A stretch of DNA of 63,740 bases, counting the filler, from Collodictyon triciliatum (taxonomy: Eukaryota), in the NCBI GenBank assembly GCA_043381765.1. It is 9 parts of 9 records of this genome, joined end to end, with 100 filler letters (N's around TTAATTAATTAA, not from the genome) between each part and the next. Parts side by side here need not be neighbours in the genome. Positions count along the whole stretch, not along the records: positions 36,008 to 43,104 come from JBHJMP010004064.1; positions 43,205 to 50,312 come from JBHJMP010004065.1; positions 50,413 to 57,507 come from JBHJMP010004066.1; 6 more parts are not named here. One strand, given 5' to 3'. This document shows, in pieces, positions 40,574 to 55,219 of this stretch (positions are counted from its first letter, which is position 1; the number at the start of each line of letters is the position of its first letter). A program made the translations under genes and the position numbers. The notes below the pieces were generated by a model. That model worked only from the letters and a program-made list of their open reading frames with translations. It had not been told where the DNA came from and ran no database searches.

Positions 40574-43104
40574 TTAAATTATAATTTGTTCACTAACCTT
40601 GTTGTTAATCTCCGAAATCATCGACTTTATATAATCAATTTCGTCCTTCAATTCAAGAGAACCAAAGTCCCATATTTGCATGCCCATGGATGGTGGGATG
40701 ACATAAACCATGTATGTTAAAAGCTCTGCATCATTGTCATCAAAAAGATTCTCCTGTGCATTGGCATATTTGAAAACGAGACCTGGTGTGCTACCATCAG
40801 TGTCATCACCCAATTTCTTCCTGTATGGGTTACATGCTCCAATAACCGCCAAGTTTTTAGGAAGTGGTTCTCCATCACAAGTGTGGTCACAAAGGCATTC
40901 TAAGATAAGATAATTTAATATTTTACTTTTTTCTCTGCGCCACTGAGCCAGTCACGTGATTTTGATGGCATATGAGTCGTATGCAGGTTATAAATGCCTT
41001 AAGGTTTTAATTTAAGTTGAAAAAATGTTACCTTTGAACATATCAACGCAACTAGACGTGTTGATTTCATCAAAAAATACAACAGTAAGTTTATCAGGGA
41101 ACCGTGCGGCTAATTCTATCGACGCATAATTTAGCCTTAGCAATTGAACCATAAAAAAAGAGAGGACCCACTTTAACTTTTTTATTTTTATGAATCTTAT
41201 TTTCCCCTTACTCTTTCCCTCTTCAATTTTCTCCCTGATATCTTTTTCCTTGATTCCTCCTGTATTAAAACGTAATTATTTTCAGCGTGAACCATCAAGA
41301 ATCAGTCTCCTATATTCATGTTTGCAAATTGAATATTAATCTACCGTGCACGTCGAGTTTCACAGTATTTCCATCCATGATATCACACATGAAGTCGATG
41401 AGTCGAGTTTTACCACACCCGGTCTCTCCCTATATATTTATTGAAAGGCTATCAACATAAATGCATCTTAATACCCATGCCAAGCTATAATGCGAATGAC
41501 TAAAACATGTATTCTTGGATGTAACTACCATGATGATGAGAGGGAGTTGACTCTTAATGCGGAAGTAAATGTTGATTAGCTTCAAGAGATTGTCTTTGGT
41601 GATGACAAATCCGTCCTTGGCAGCCTTGCTAACTTTTATTTTCTCAACACCAAAGAGTTCACTTATAACTTCGTATGCTATGTTATTGTCAGGGTCTTCT
41701 CCCCTATCCAGCTTGCGGAGATCTGGAAACTTTGGATTATCTCTTGTAACCATATATATCATGTTATAATAATGAGATGGTGTTCCTCCTCCTTCTCGAG
41801 CACTAGGGTGCTTTTTTTCGGCCATTTTTTTGAAAAGAGGGTCATTGTCGTAGTAAAGAGGGAACGGAGCCTTCTTGTGTGTGAAAAAGAGAGGAGGATG
41901 AAGGGATTCTTGCCAAGTAGATGTTATTTCCATTTTGTCCATATCAAAGCTCGATGTTGTAAATGCATTCGCACAGTCCACAATAATTTGGATAACATAC
42001 TGCCTATTTTTAGGGTATGAGAACAACAGTTTTTTCAATGTTGCAGGAATTAAAATTTCACTTTCTTCGAATGTGCGAAACTGAGTGAAGCAGAATTTCA
42101 CAAAACTAATCCACATCATTCTGTCAGAGCGGCAGTAAAAGGAAAGTGTCTCCTCACACCTATTTGGAAATAAAAATAGCAAAGAACACGTTATTAATCT
42201 ATTTAAAACCAGATTCGCAGTACATTTTGAAACAAACTATTATAAAAAATATTTGGAAACTGTGATGAGTAAAACAAATTCTCACTGTTGAGTCGTAAGC
42301 TCTGTCTTTTTGTGGGGACGGAAAACGGACTCTTCAAACTCTCTCTCTACGGCCGAGGTTTGATTTCTTGGTATACTGCCGTTCAGCGTTTTACATACGT
42401 ATTGTATCATGTTTTGTCTACATTCACTCCTCATAGTCCCTGCTGGTTCGTTGTTTTTATAAGTCACACATAAATCTAAGTTATCGAGTGAGACATCCAG
42501 CGAAGCGTCCCAGTTAGCTTCTCCGATGAATTGAAGCAAATCATAGCAGGAATGTGCCTTGTTTGCTCTCATTACAGGAACTTCGATGTAGACAGTCTGA
42601 CAGTTATCATATGGGGGTGAGTAAAACATTTATTTTCATACATCCATCCTTCACAGTTATGTAGAAAAGGAAATAGGAAAACAATTATCATGAATTTAGT
42701 ATTACCGTGTTGTCTTCAAGATGAATTGCTGCTCCGTTAGAGTGTATATTAATTCTTAGTATCAGCCACTTGAACAAGTAAACTGATGTTTGTTTGGAGC
42801 ATGTAACCCCCAAGTTCAGCCATATAATTTTTTTCTCTGAAGCAACATTCTTCAGATTCTCGTGGAAAGTGTCATTTGTGGTTGTATTATTTACAAGCAC
42901 AGGGGTAGCGTCCACATTAGCCGATTTCATTTGACGTCGAATCCAATACGATTTTCCAATAGACGGTTGCTTGGAAGTCACTATCTCTAGCTTGATGTTG
43001 CTTGAAGACATGGCTTTTTGAATGTAACCCGCAACTTTTTCTCGGCTCCTCACATTTATGGCAATCTTCCTGTCCCATTTCTTAATCAGGTCGGTAATGG
43101 GGTC
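40574..43104 (-). CDS. RNF213/mysterin-like AAA+ ATPase, internal fragment
   Basis: FVITKDNLLKLINIYFRIKSQLPLIIM|GETGCGKTRLIDF...KLDVHG|...VVFFDEINTS...K|ECLCD...AVIGACNPYR...YMVYVIPPSM...WDFGSL...EIDYIKSMI, plus an upstream degenerate P-loop (SKQPSIGKSYWI). Confidence 0.87.
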
Positions 43105-43324
43105 NNNNNNNNNNNNNNNNNNNNNNNNNNNNNNNNNNNNNNNNNNNNTTAATTAATTAANNNNNNNNNNNNNNNNNNNNNNNNNNNNNNNNNNNNNNNN
43201 NNNNCTGCTTCATAAATACAGAAAGATAAGTAGAAGCACTTTTTGATATGTCTTTATTTTCTGCCGGAAAGAGGGCCGAATGTGCCTAATGATATTGTTT
43301 TAATTTATTGAGAAGAGATAACGA

Positions 43325-43427
43325 TAATCACAATCATAATCATAATCATAATCATAATCATAATCATAATCATAATCATAATCATAATCATAATCATAAT
43401 CATAATCATAATCATAATCATAATCAT
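43325..43427. repeat. (AATCAT)n
   Basis: Direct inspection. Confidence 0.97.
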
Positions 43428-43515
43428 AGTGATAATAATGTACTCTCTAATCACGGTTATCTTTTGGCGAGTGTTTTTTTTCCAGGGAACTTATCGGCAG
43501 ACTTAAATATTGAGA

Positions 43516-45266
43516 ATGGATTATGAGGAAACCGAGATTTCATCAGGAAAAGTAATAAACAGAGAAAATAGATTGGGGGAGTTCTTCTCTGGGAGTAGAG
43601 AGCAGTTCAACAGCCCCACAGATGTATATCTGAATAGAATTTCGTAATCTCTTACACATTAACATCACTAAATGAAGCATTCGATTCATGAATGAGTAAC
43701 ATACAGATTTAGCTGACTCACAGTTTTGCTTTCATCATCATATAATTCTAATATTTATCATATCCATCACGATTATATGTTTATTTATTTACACATATTT
43801 ATTAACATAGAAGGGAGTTGGGTATTATTCCACATGATTCGGCTTGCTTTGGTGCGGGAAGAGAAAGCCTCATTGGTCTATTAGATGATTTTCCTTGCAA
43901 ATCGCACAGTGTCACGGAATTGCATGGAACTGTGCATGCAAGAAATGCTGTATCTGTCTCAAATCGAGTAATAATGCGAAATAAGATTTACAACTCGTTT
44001 TCTTCTTTATTTCAATATCAAATGCAGATGATATAATAATATCAGGGATACAATATCTCTGAAGTGGTATTCCAACAAACTCAACCCATTCAGTGAAACT
44101 GGCCATCAGAATGGGAAAAAAAAAAACAACAATAAATAATTGTATTACTAAATTGTGAATAATTACTTGGTGCCTTTTGTAAGCATGATTAACACATAGG
44201 ACTTTGGTCGGGATATGCAGCAACCACTCTTGGGTTCTCTAACCCCTCCACTTGATACGTATCTAGTGCGCACCATACATCCTTTGCAACTAGAAAAAAG
44301 AGCACCCCAAGATTTTGAATCGAAAACGAGCAAGTGTCGCTATGGAGTATTTTGTTACATAAAAATTGTTGATTTTCTGTGAACATGTAAAACTAGATTC
44401 AAGTATTAGTAAAAATGGGGCTTGAAAGGACGCATTTTCCGTTCATTTTAAACCTAGTATATTTCAATGAATAGACATCTCGAGGTGCTGTGCAGTGTAT
44501 GGGAATGAATTTGAAAAAGAAACGGCGATGCGAAAATGCGGCATTGATGGAGCACATGGGACTAGAAATACCTCGATTCTGTAGTGAACACATTTCTCAA
44601 GAGGCAAATACAATATATACAAAGTGCAACGAGCCGTGTGAAGCGCATCTTGTCAAAGTATATTTAACTCGAATGAAATGTTTCATGTAGTTCTTTGTCT
44701 GACATTGTGACTTTTTTTCTGCAACAAATGAATAGATGAATAAATGTGTAAATACATAAATAAAGGGACATGTATTCCAAAAAAAGAGGAAATGCAAGGA
44801 AATTGTCCTTAAAGATTTTGGGAAGTGCTACAAACACATAGATAAGGAGTTAGAAAGTATGTCAGGTGAGAGATTGCGCAGTCTCTTGCAGAAGAGTGAG
44901 ACAATAGGTAAACCTCTCTTCTGATTATTTCACAAACAGTAAATGCAAATAGAGCTCCATCAAAATATATAGTCGCATACTTAAAATTTCTTATCATAAC
45001 GATTACGATTATGATTGCGATTATGATAGTTACTATTGTTATTGTTATTGTTATTGTTATTCAGGTATTCTAATACAAACCTTTGTAATACTCTAGTCAG
45101 GAATCTCCGACTGGAAGCTGCACACGCCAGGAGGGTGGACCTGGAGCTTTTTCAACGAAAGCAGAAGCTCATACCAAAGTATGAAATCCTTATCGTGAAA
45201 CTGAGTACGGCTCGCTCACAGCGCCAAAAAGAAAGCAACACAACCAGCCAGAAAGATTCCAAATAA
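43516..45266 (+). CDS. Hypothetical protein with Cys/His (zinc-finger-like) motifs and a C-terminal helical domain
   Basis: QCMGMNLKKKRRCENAALMEHMG...FCSEHI...YTKC...|KCKEIVLKDFGKCYKH...|LEAAHARRVDLELFQRKQKLIPKY. The 5' exons are tentative. Confidence 0.65.
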
Positions 45267-46298
45267 AGAAACTGGGAGAAGCACCCCGCTGGATACCTTC
45301 ACAATTTAGTACCATACCGATAATTCCTCCGCGCGCTTGGTTAAGTTGGTTGGTCTCTTTGCTCCGACACCTTTCGCTTCAAATGAGCTCAGATAATTGT
45401 GATTCCAATGAAATCAATGGCGAAAGGAAAGTAACGATAATGTATTGATGATGATGATGATGATGATGATGGTTACACTAACACACCCGCCCACAAGAGG
45501 CATCTAATCGAGATTCACAGGCAGACGAAGCAGATTGCGGCACCCTGTCACCATGACTCACTTTATAAGCACTCGCAAATGTGTTTCGAGACTATGTCAA
45601 TTCACCCCGGGCCACTCGATGTTTTCCCTAGTGTTTTTCTTCTTCTTTTCCATCAACTTATCGTCCACCAAGGGTCAGGGAGGGGAATCTGTGGTGTTGT
45701 GTTTTGTGGCCGTCGCGTGGCGATTGTATGATGATACAAGATACCATCACGTGCGCACTATGCAGTAGCGATGTGTTGCTGATTTTGCACTTGTTCCGAT
45801 GCAAGGCTTCCGCATGGATTCAAGAGAGTCTACTGAAAACACGAGAAAAGCTGGAGTCAGCACTCAGCATAGCGCGCTTTCCGTGTCGCCTCCAGAACAT
45901 ATGCTCTTGTTTTCTCACTCACATTCCCCCGCACAACACCGAGAGAAGAGGACAAAGAACACAAACAAGAAGCAGCCCTACCAGATGCGCCCCGGACCAT
46001 GACTGTATGCTCGCTTCCATGCACTTGCAGATTGTAGATTTAAACAGGCAGCCCAGAGTACATCCTCCTCTGCAGGTCGCCTCTCCCAGACGAGCCATGG
46101 GAACTGGTCTCTCCCTACAATGCAGCCATCTGACTTTCGCAGGAGACAATGAGGCCTTCCCAGTAGATGCCCATGTAATGTGGCGGAATGTCCAGGATAC
46201 AAGGCTTCATTAAGCGTAACCCTGACGTAGCATGAATGTGGCGAGGAAGCTCGGTTGGGGGTGATGATGGTACAGTTGTTAAATGACAACCATGACGT

Positions 46299-46856
46299 TT
46301 ATTTCTTGGTCTTGGCAAGGCGAAGGACTTGGGACAGCTCTTCTCTCTTGCTCTTGGCGCGCAAGTGAGTACCAAGCTGGAGTTCGAGAGAACGTGAGAC
46401 GAATGACACGAAACATGGGTGTTGCTCGAGAAACCGATATTTAGACGGAGGGAGAGGGGACAGAAATGGAGAGAGAGGGGAGAGAGAAGGAGAAATAATT
46501 ACGCGGCGCTTGGCGAACTTCAGGGCACGCTTTTCCTTGGAGATCTTCAGCAGTTCGAGAACACGGCGCTCATAGGGGGCGAAGCCGGCGACTTCACGGA
46601 TAACCTCGCGGACAGCCTTGACGCGCTTTCCGTATCGCTACTCCACAAACAAGAGTGGCGTTGTGAGTCAAAGGCTGGGTTATGCAGCTTTTTGAGTGGG
46701 GGATTGAATCCGATGAGACAGGGAAAGGAGACATACTCCCTTTCTGTCGGATTGGCGAACTCCTTCGGGGAGCTTGGTTCCCTTAGGGGTCTTGGCGATC
46801 TTGGGGAGCTTGGTGACCTTGTGGCCTTTGTTCAAACCGACGGCGATTCCGGACAT
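46299..46856 (-). CDS. RPL36: 60S ribosomal protein eL36
   Basis: [16 protein letters not shown]...|[59 protein letters not shown]. Exons 46856-46737, 46637-46503, 46376-46299. A 5'UTR intron likely ends just before the ATG. Confidence 0.97.
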
Positions 46857-48227
46857 CCTGTATAGAGAACAGCAAGCTTTCATCAAAAAGTGGGGCTGGA
46901 AAGGTCTAAAAGCAACGGATTCTCTGTTGATATGGCGTTCTGGAGGACGTGAATGCCTCACGGAGACGAACAGATCGCTTTTGTAACAAAGGGCATTATC
47001 GTGTTTTCGAAATTTGATCTGAAATTGACACAAAGTGGACGCGATGAGCACGACAGAAACCGTGGTATCCCTGAGTTGAGCAGAGATCAAACAATGGTTC
47101 CTGTGTGAAGGATGTCTGTTTCTTCATGAGTGCTGTAGCAGTGGCATTCGAGATATTCTCCTAGATTAACCCTGAATGGGCAGCTGAAGGAGGATCCATA
47201 TACCCATGGAGACTAACACCCTAATCGGGCCAAACACGAGAGGGCGGTTCGTGTGGAGCAGGATTCCGCGACTAGAGTCCTTTTCAGCTGACGCTGGTGC
47301 CGTGGTGTTTTGATGATAGGGGAGTTTTGTCAGGGTGCGGGGTACCTTTTGATGAGGGTGCAGGGGGTGGGCACGATGGCACGATTGGCTGAAGTGGAAC
47401 GTTGAGAGACTTTTGTGGTATAGCGCTGGGCAGCAGAGTTAGATCAAAAGCAAAAACAATTAATTGCACATTTCTGGAATATACTATGAATATCATACAT
47501 AATATACTAATGGGCTAAAAAGTACATAATAATTATAAAAATTTACAATAGTATGTATAATTATACATGATTAATTGTATTTGCTATTTGGAATTTTTTT
47601 AGGGTTTTTGATTTTGTAATCTGACATGATACATTATCTTTTGGGAGATGAATTACATGATATCCTTTTTTTCCCTTTATTCAATTCAAAGAAATTACAT
47701 GATATCATAACATTCAATGCACGCAATGAAAAGTCAAATAAAGTGTACATAACGACCAGTAAGTATATAAATATGTACAATACATATAGTATCCACATTT
47801 GTATGATCAAGGAGAATTCTAATTTGCCCTTTCCGTTGCAACCCAATCAAGCGGCGCGGACATAATCATCCCTCCAGAAACTCGGCCTTGTGTGAAAACG
47901 GTGCGGATCACTCGTTGCCGAAGGCGCATAAGTATCACTTGCTTGATCAAAAGGTCTTCGCCTTCAAAGCTGAGGGGAAGTTCCACGATTGTGCAATTGG
48001 GGAAAACTCATTTACATTCAACCTCACCATGTGAATTGTAAAATTAGCCACCCAGTTAAACATCTCTGTCTCACGCTCTGCGCAGAAGCCTTCAGAAGCA
48101 CCACACACCTCTTACTCCTTTTTTTTTTCTTCTTCTTCTTTCTTCTTCTTAACGCTTTGTTCATTTTTCTTTTCTCCAAGAAAAATAGCAGGAGTAGCCA
48201 AGCGTTTTCTTTTTTTTTTTTTGGCCG

Positions 48228-50148
48228 ATGCAGCGAACTGAAGGAACAGAACCCAAGTGGGACCTCACACGCTTTCGCCGGCCAGACCTGTGCTCGGAAT
48301 TGTTCCTTTCTGGTGCGGGAATCGAAAGACTTATGGGCATCGAACGCTTCACGATACTGGAAGTTCTTTGGTTGAACGACAACAGAGTATTTCTTAAGAT
48401 TCTTTTCCTTCTGTTCTCCAACGAGCACTTACCGACCTATTTGTGGTATATGTAAAAATAGTACGGAGAGAAGTGCCGAGCCGTCACGGTTCACAGTCAT
48501 ATTTTGTCTTTTCTCTCTTTTGATACTGATTTTCTTTTTTCTTTTTCTTTTTTTCTTTTTTCTTTTTTCCTTTTTTCCTTTTTTCCTTTTTTCCTTTTTT
48601 CTTTTTCTTTTTCTTTTTCTTTTTTCTTTTGATACTGATTTTCTTTTTTCTTTTTCTTTTTTCTATTGATACTGATTTTCTTTTTTCTTTTTTTCTTTTC
48701 CTTTTTTTCCTTTTTTTCCTTCTCCTCCTTCTTTCCTTTTCCTTTCCGCCCTGCTGTTTTGCTTTACACGTCTAATTACAAGATAGTTTTGCCATGTCTC
48801 TAATATTTCCGATTTTGCTCTCGTTATATAGTTTCGATCACTCCGCTTTCTGGAACATGTGCCTCGATTGAAATGCTTGTATGCTCACAACAATTCCATA
48901 TCTTCTTTCGAGGGCTCTCTAAAGCACTGTCGTTTCATCGAGACCCTAACATTGCAGGTATAATACAGACCTCATCCTTCGTTTAAACTTGTATAATTAT
49001 ATTGATTGTGAGATGGGAAGTGAAACCCATTGCCAAGGCAATTGCAATCTTGTTGTGGCCTCATCTTGACAATATAGTTCCCTATCAACCCATTAGAATA
49101 ATAAAATCCGTGATCTGAGGGCTGTCATTGAGCAGCTTGAGCACTTGAAGTACCTGACCGAATTAAGTATGAACATGTATTCTTGAATCCAGGATGGACT
49201 CACTTGCTTAGCAAACACGTCTCCATCAGAAGTTCCCTCTACTCCATATGGCCAAACATGAATTGGAACAATCAAACAAATTGAAAACATCGATATTATA
49301 ATTAAAATTTATTCACATAACCAGATTTATTCGGAAACCCAGTTGCTGAGGAGTCTCATTATAGAGAAACGGTTATATACAAGATACCGACATTAAAAAT
49401 ATTAGACCGACACGGTGAGGGATTCAGGAGTTCAGATTCTACTTGTGATAACAAAATTATTGGTACATATCATATACTTACATATGCCAATCCTATTCTA
49501 TGTAGTGGTCTCAGATGAAGAACGCCGAAAATGTGTGGCTTTTTTTGAGGGGGACGTCAAAAAGACAGTTGCTTTTGGTAATGATAACCGTTTTTTTAAT
49601 TTTGAAAAGTGAAATACAGGGCGTTAAAAGGTCCTTAGATAGGGTGATTTTTAACAATACTTGATTTTGCATACACAACTCACAAGGTCGAAAAATGCTC
49701 GACAAAGTGCCATGCTCCCCTGTGGGCCTGTCGATCGTGGAAAAGGAGTTGGATTCTTATGTGACAAAACTTAAAAAACAAGCGGAGATACTACAAGAAG
49801 AAGAGCGGCGAAAGATGCGCGAAGAAGCAGAGAAAGTCGGCAGTTTTGATAGTCCAATGCTTTTTTTCTTCTTGATTATATGTTTTCTTAGGAATGGGAT
49901 TCCAAAAAATCACCTTACTAAAATCACGAAATAATTTTTATTTTTATATTCATTATATATTTATATTTATTATTATTATTACTGTTGTTATTATTGTCCC
50001 ATTTTACATCATCCTGAAGCGCTGCATCTATTCATACAACTAGGAAGCAATGGAGCGTATGCGACTTCGTCCACCACCGCTTCCTAAAGCTTTGAACTTT
50101 CTTGAGACCACTCGACCGAAGACCCAGCCTCTTACCTTGCCCAAGTAA
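48228..50148 (+). CDS. SDS22-class LRR protein with LRRcap (LRRC72-like)
   Basis: ELFLSGAGIERL...LEVLWLNDNR|...LKCLYAHNNSI...LTLQ|NNKIRDL...LTELN|LFGNPVAEESHYRETVIYKIPTLKILDRH. Start and end tentative. Confidence 0.8.
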
Positions 50149-50200
50149 TTTTTTAAGTTAACTATTGAAAGAAAAACAAAAGAAAATATAAAAAAAAGGG

Positions 50201-50312
50201 ATCAATAATAGAATCAATAATAGAATCAATAATAGAATCAATAATAGAATCAATAATAGAATCAATAATAGAATCAATAATAGAATCAATAATAGAATCA
50301 ATAATAGAATCA
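50201..50312. repeat. 12-bp minisatellite (ATCAATAATAGA)n at a contig end
   Basis: About nine perfect copies. Confidence 0.95.
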
Positions 50313-50663
50313 NNNNNNNNNNNNNNNNNNNNNNNNNNNNNNNNNNNNNNNNNNNNTTAATTAATTAANNNNNNNNNNNNNNNNNNNNNNNNNNNNNNNN
50401 NNNNNNNNNNNNCATAAACGGCAGACAAAAAGAATTTCATTTGGACCAAAAAAAACGGGATGCTTTTTTAATCCAAAAATGTTTTTTTTTTTTTTTTTTT
50501 TTTGGTATTTTGACTTTTATGTTGATTACATATTCTAATATTTTGCCCTCACTTTTATATAAGAATGGCTCCATGCATGTTATATTTTACATGTAAATAC
50601 ATAAACCTAGACTAATTCTGTTCTTTTTCTTCTTTTTTTTTCTCGTACCGTGCTTCCTATTAG

Positions 50664-52668
<2,005 letters not shown>

Positions 52669-53144
52669 TTTGCGATTATATCCCACCCGTGTAATCTCTA
52701 TCCTTTCATATTAAATGCCTCACCTATCACCACGGAAGAAATCAATCACATACCAATAAACAAGTAACGTGATGTTTTTTTTTCCCTCCTCAACTTTTCG
52801 CATGGCAGGCCTTTTGCGGTTTGCAAGATAAAGCAAACCATTGTACACATTAACTTAACAACACGTTATTATCATTTTTTCCAGGCATTTTCATTTGATT
52901 ATTTATTTTTATTTTTTGGATCACCATCTCGCCGGCGCGCTGTTTGGATTATTTTCGAAATTATACCGTATTTGTACTTTTAAAATCACACTTTGATCAC
53001 ACTTTGATCACACTTTGATCGCTGTTTGATCGCTGTTTGAATATGAGGAGGTGTGCGCACTTAAACCCTAACAGCGAAGCTGCGGACACGAACCCTGTTT
53101 TGCAGGAAAGATTTTCCCGACCGCAACACTTTTCTTTTTTCCAG

Positions 53145-55219
53145 ATGAGCTTAACTCCGAGAAGCAGAGCTGCTGCCTATGACGCAAATGTGATGGGTGG
53201 AGCTCCTTTCATCCCAGTCGCAGCCCAACCAATGCCACCACCACAGCCGCAGCCGCAACATCAACACACTGTTTACGCGCCNNNNNNNNNNNNNNNNNNN
53301 NNNNNNNNNNNNNNNNNNNNNNNNNNNNNNNNNNNNNNNNNNNNNNNNNNNNNNNNNNNNNNNNNNNNNNNNNNNNNNNNNNNNNNNNNNNNNNNNNNNN
53401 NNNNNNNNNNNNNNNNNNNNNNNNNNNNNNNNNNNNNNNNNNNNNNNNNNNNNNNNNNNNNNNNNNNNNNNNNNNNNNNNNNNNNNNNNNNNNNNNNNNN
53501 NNNNNNNNNNNNNNNNNNNNNNNNNNNNNNNNNNNNNNNNNNNNNNNNNNNNNNNNNNNNNNNNNNNNNNNNNNNNNNNNNNNNNNNNNNNNNNNNNNNN
53601 NNNNNNNNNNNNNNNNNNNNNNNNNNNNNNNNNNNNNNNNNNNNNNNNNNNNNNNNNNNNNNNNNNNNNNNNNNNNNNNNNNNNNNNNNNNNNNNNNNNN
53701 NNNNNNNNNNNNNNNNNNNNNNNNNNNNNNNNNNAGACTATTTATCGGGAGACCAATAATTCAAATTCGCCCTACCTTCGGGATGTTTACTTTAAAATGG
53801 AAATACAGATGTATATATTATACTTATCACATTATTATATAGAATGTGTCCACTCTTTCCAACCTGTCCCATCTCAACAGCATAGGAATGGATATTGCGA
53901 GTCGTAGCCACGAAGTGAGTCAACTGTCGGTCTAAATATATAGTTTTTTTTTTCATGCCATCGGTGGTATTCATTGTAAATATTTGTTTATTCACGTCTT
54001 GGCAAAATCCTCTTGAATTAATCTTTCTATATATTGTTCTTAAACGATTTTTGTTACTAGTACGTCACCTTGAGCAATAGCTACTATCATCAACTTTGCT
54101 TCTATTTCAGCGTCACATCATCGTACGTCAGTAACAAGATCAAGCTGCTCATATATCCATACTCTGCTTTGGTATGGTCCTATACCTTTGACTTTTTGTG
54201 CTATATATTACAACTATTTCAAATAGCAGTGTCAACTTCTCATTAATCTCGTGGTTGGTGTGAATTTATTTGTTTAGTGACGATTTTATCATCCGGAATA
54301 TGTTTGAACATAAAATGGTTATTAGAACTGGAAAAGATTGAGGTCTGACCACCAAGTGGGGCAAGTTGAGAGCTCGCCAGATGCATTTATGAAACCAAAA
54401 GTCGATATAAACTGTCCCGATTTATACATTCCGTCGATGTCATTTGTGTCACTTCTGCTCTTAGTGGCCTGGCTTCATGGAAACACAGGAACGTAAGCAA
54501 TTTGACTTGAATCCACTACGCTATGAAAGGCTGTGTAAGTAATTATCGAAAATCATATCTCAAAGAATTTTTCAACATTTAGTTTCCGTCCTGAGATTCT
54601 GGGGAACTTCGCCACTATGATGTTCTTCTTTTTGTTTGTAGAAGTTGGATTGACCAAACTTGGATTATACTTGATCAACCTCAAGCATAATCTGTCCAGC
54701 CTGGAGTTGATTAGCTACTTTGGCTACAAATACTTTGGGTATTCGAAGTTCACACAAACATTATCCTACCGTCCTTACATATTTATATAGATGTCGATTC
54801 AAAGGATAAGAAATCAAGATAACGGTAGCATCGACTTATTTACTGACCTTGTCCTATATGTGATATTGTCATGACGAATTACTAGCATGACAATTACGTT
54901 AGTGTGCGACATTGTTTTCGGATCTTATGGATACCACCTTATGGGTGGGTGGTTGGGAGCGAGCCTGGCCTACTTTTTGGTGGATGATTTTCACCACATG
55001 ATATTTCCCCCTTCATTTTGCATAAAAATCATCTGTACAATGCAATTCGTGTTCTCACAGTGACCATATTACTATGAAAAGATGCAATCCATCCGAGCAG
55101 CACTAAGTGTACCATCGAACCACGAGAGCCAACGCACCACCAATTATGTTGTTTTTGTCATCGCTGTGGTACAATTTCTCTCTGCCTGGGTGACCCTCGG
55201 GTTGTCAGGCACACCATAA
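53145..55219 (+). CDS. YIF1: YIF1 (Yip1-interacting ER-Golgi membrane protein)
   Basis: FYFSVTSSYVSNKIKLLIYPY|NWKR...PKVDINCPDLYIPSMSF...|FRPEILG...LELISYFGYKYFG. The start exon is separated from the rest by a gap. Confidence 0.88.

Noticed and set aside
45217-45400. Minus-strand tail-anchored ORF with a 21-nt intron
   Set aside because: The hydrophobic tail is the antisense of the K/Q/S-rich end of the + strand gene ending at 45266. There is no independent support.
47054-47224. U12-type intron (GTATCCCT donor) or selenoprotein micro-ORF
   Set aside because: Imperfect U12 donor, no TCCTTAAC branch site, no recognisable product and no SECIS.
50201-50312. Telomeric or CRISPR-like array
   Set aside because: Perfect AT-rich 12-mer without spacers or G-rich strand. 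It is an ordinary minisatellite that broke the assembly.
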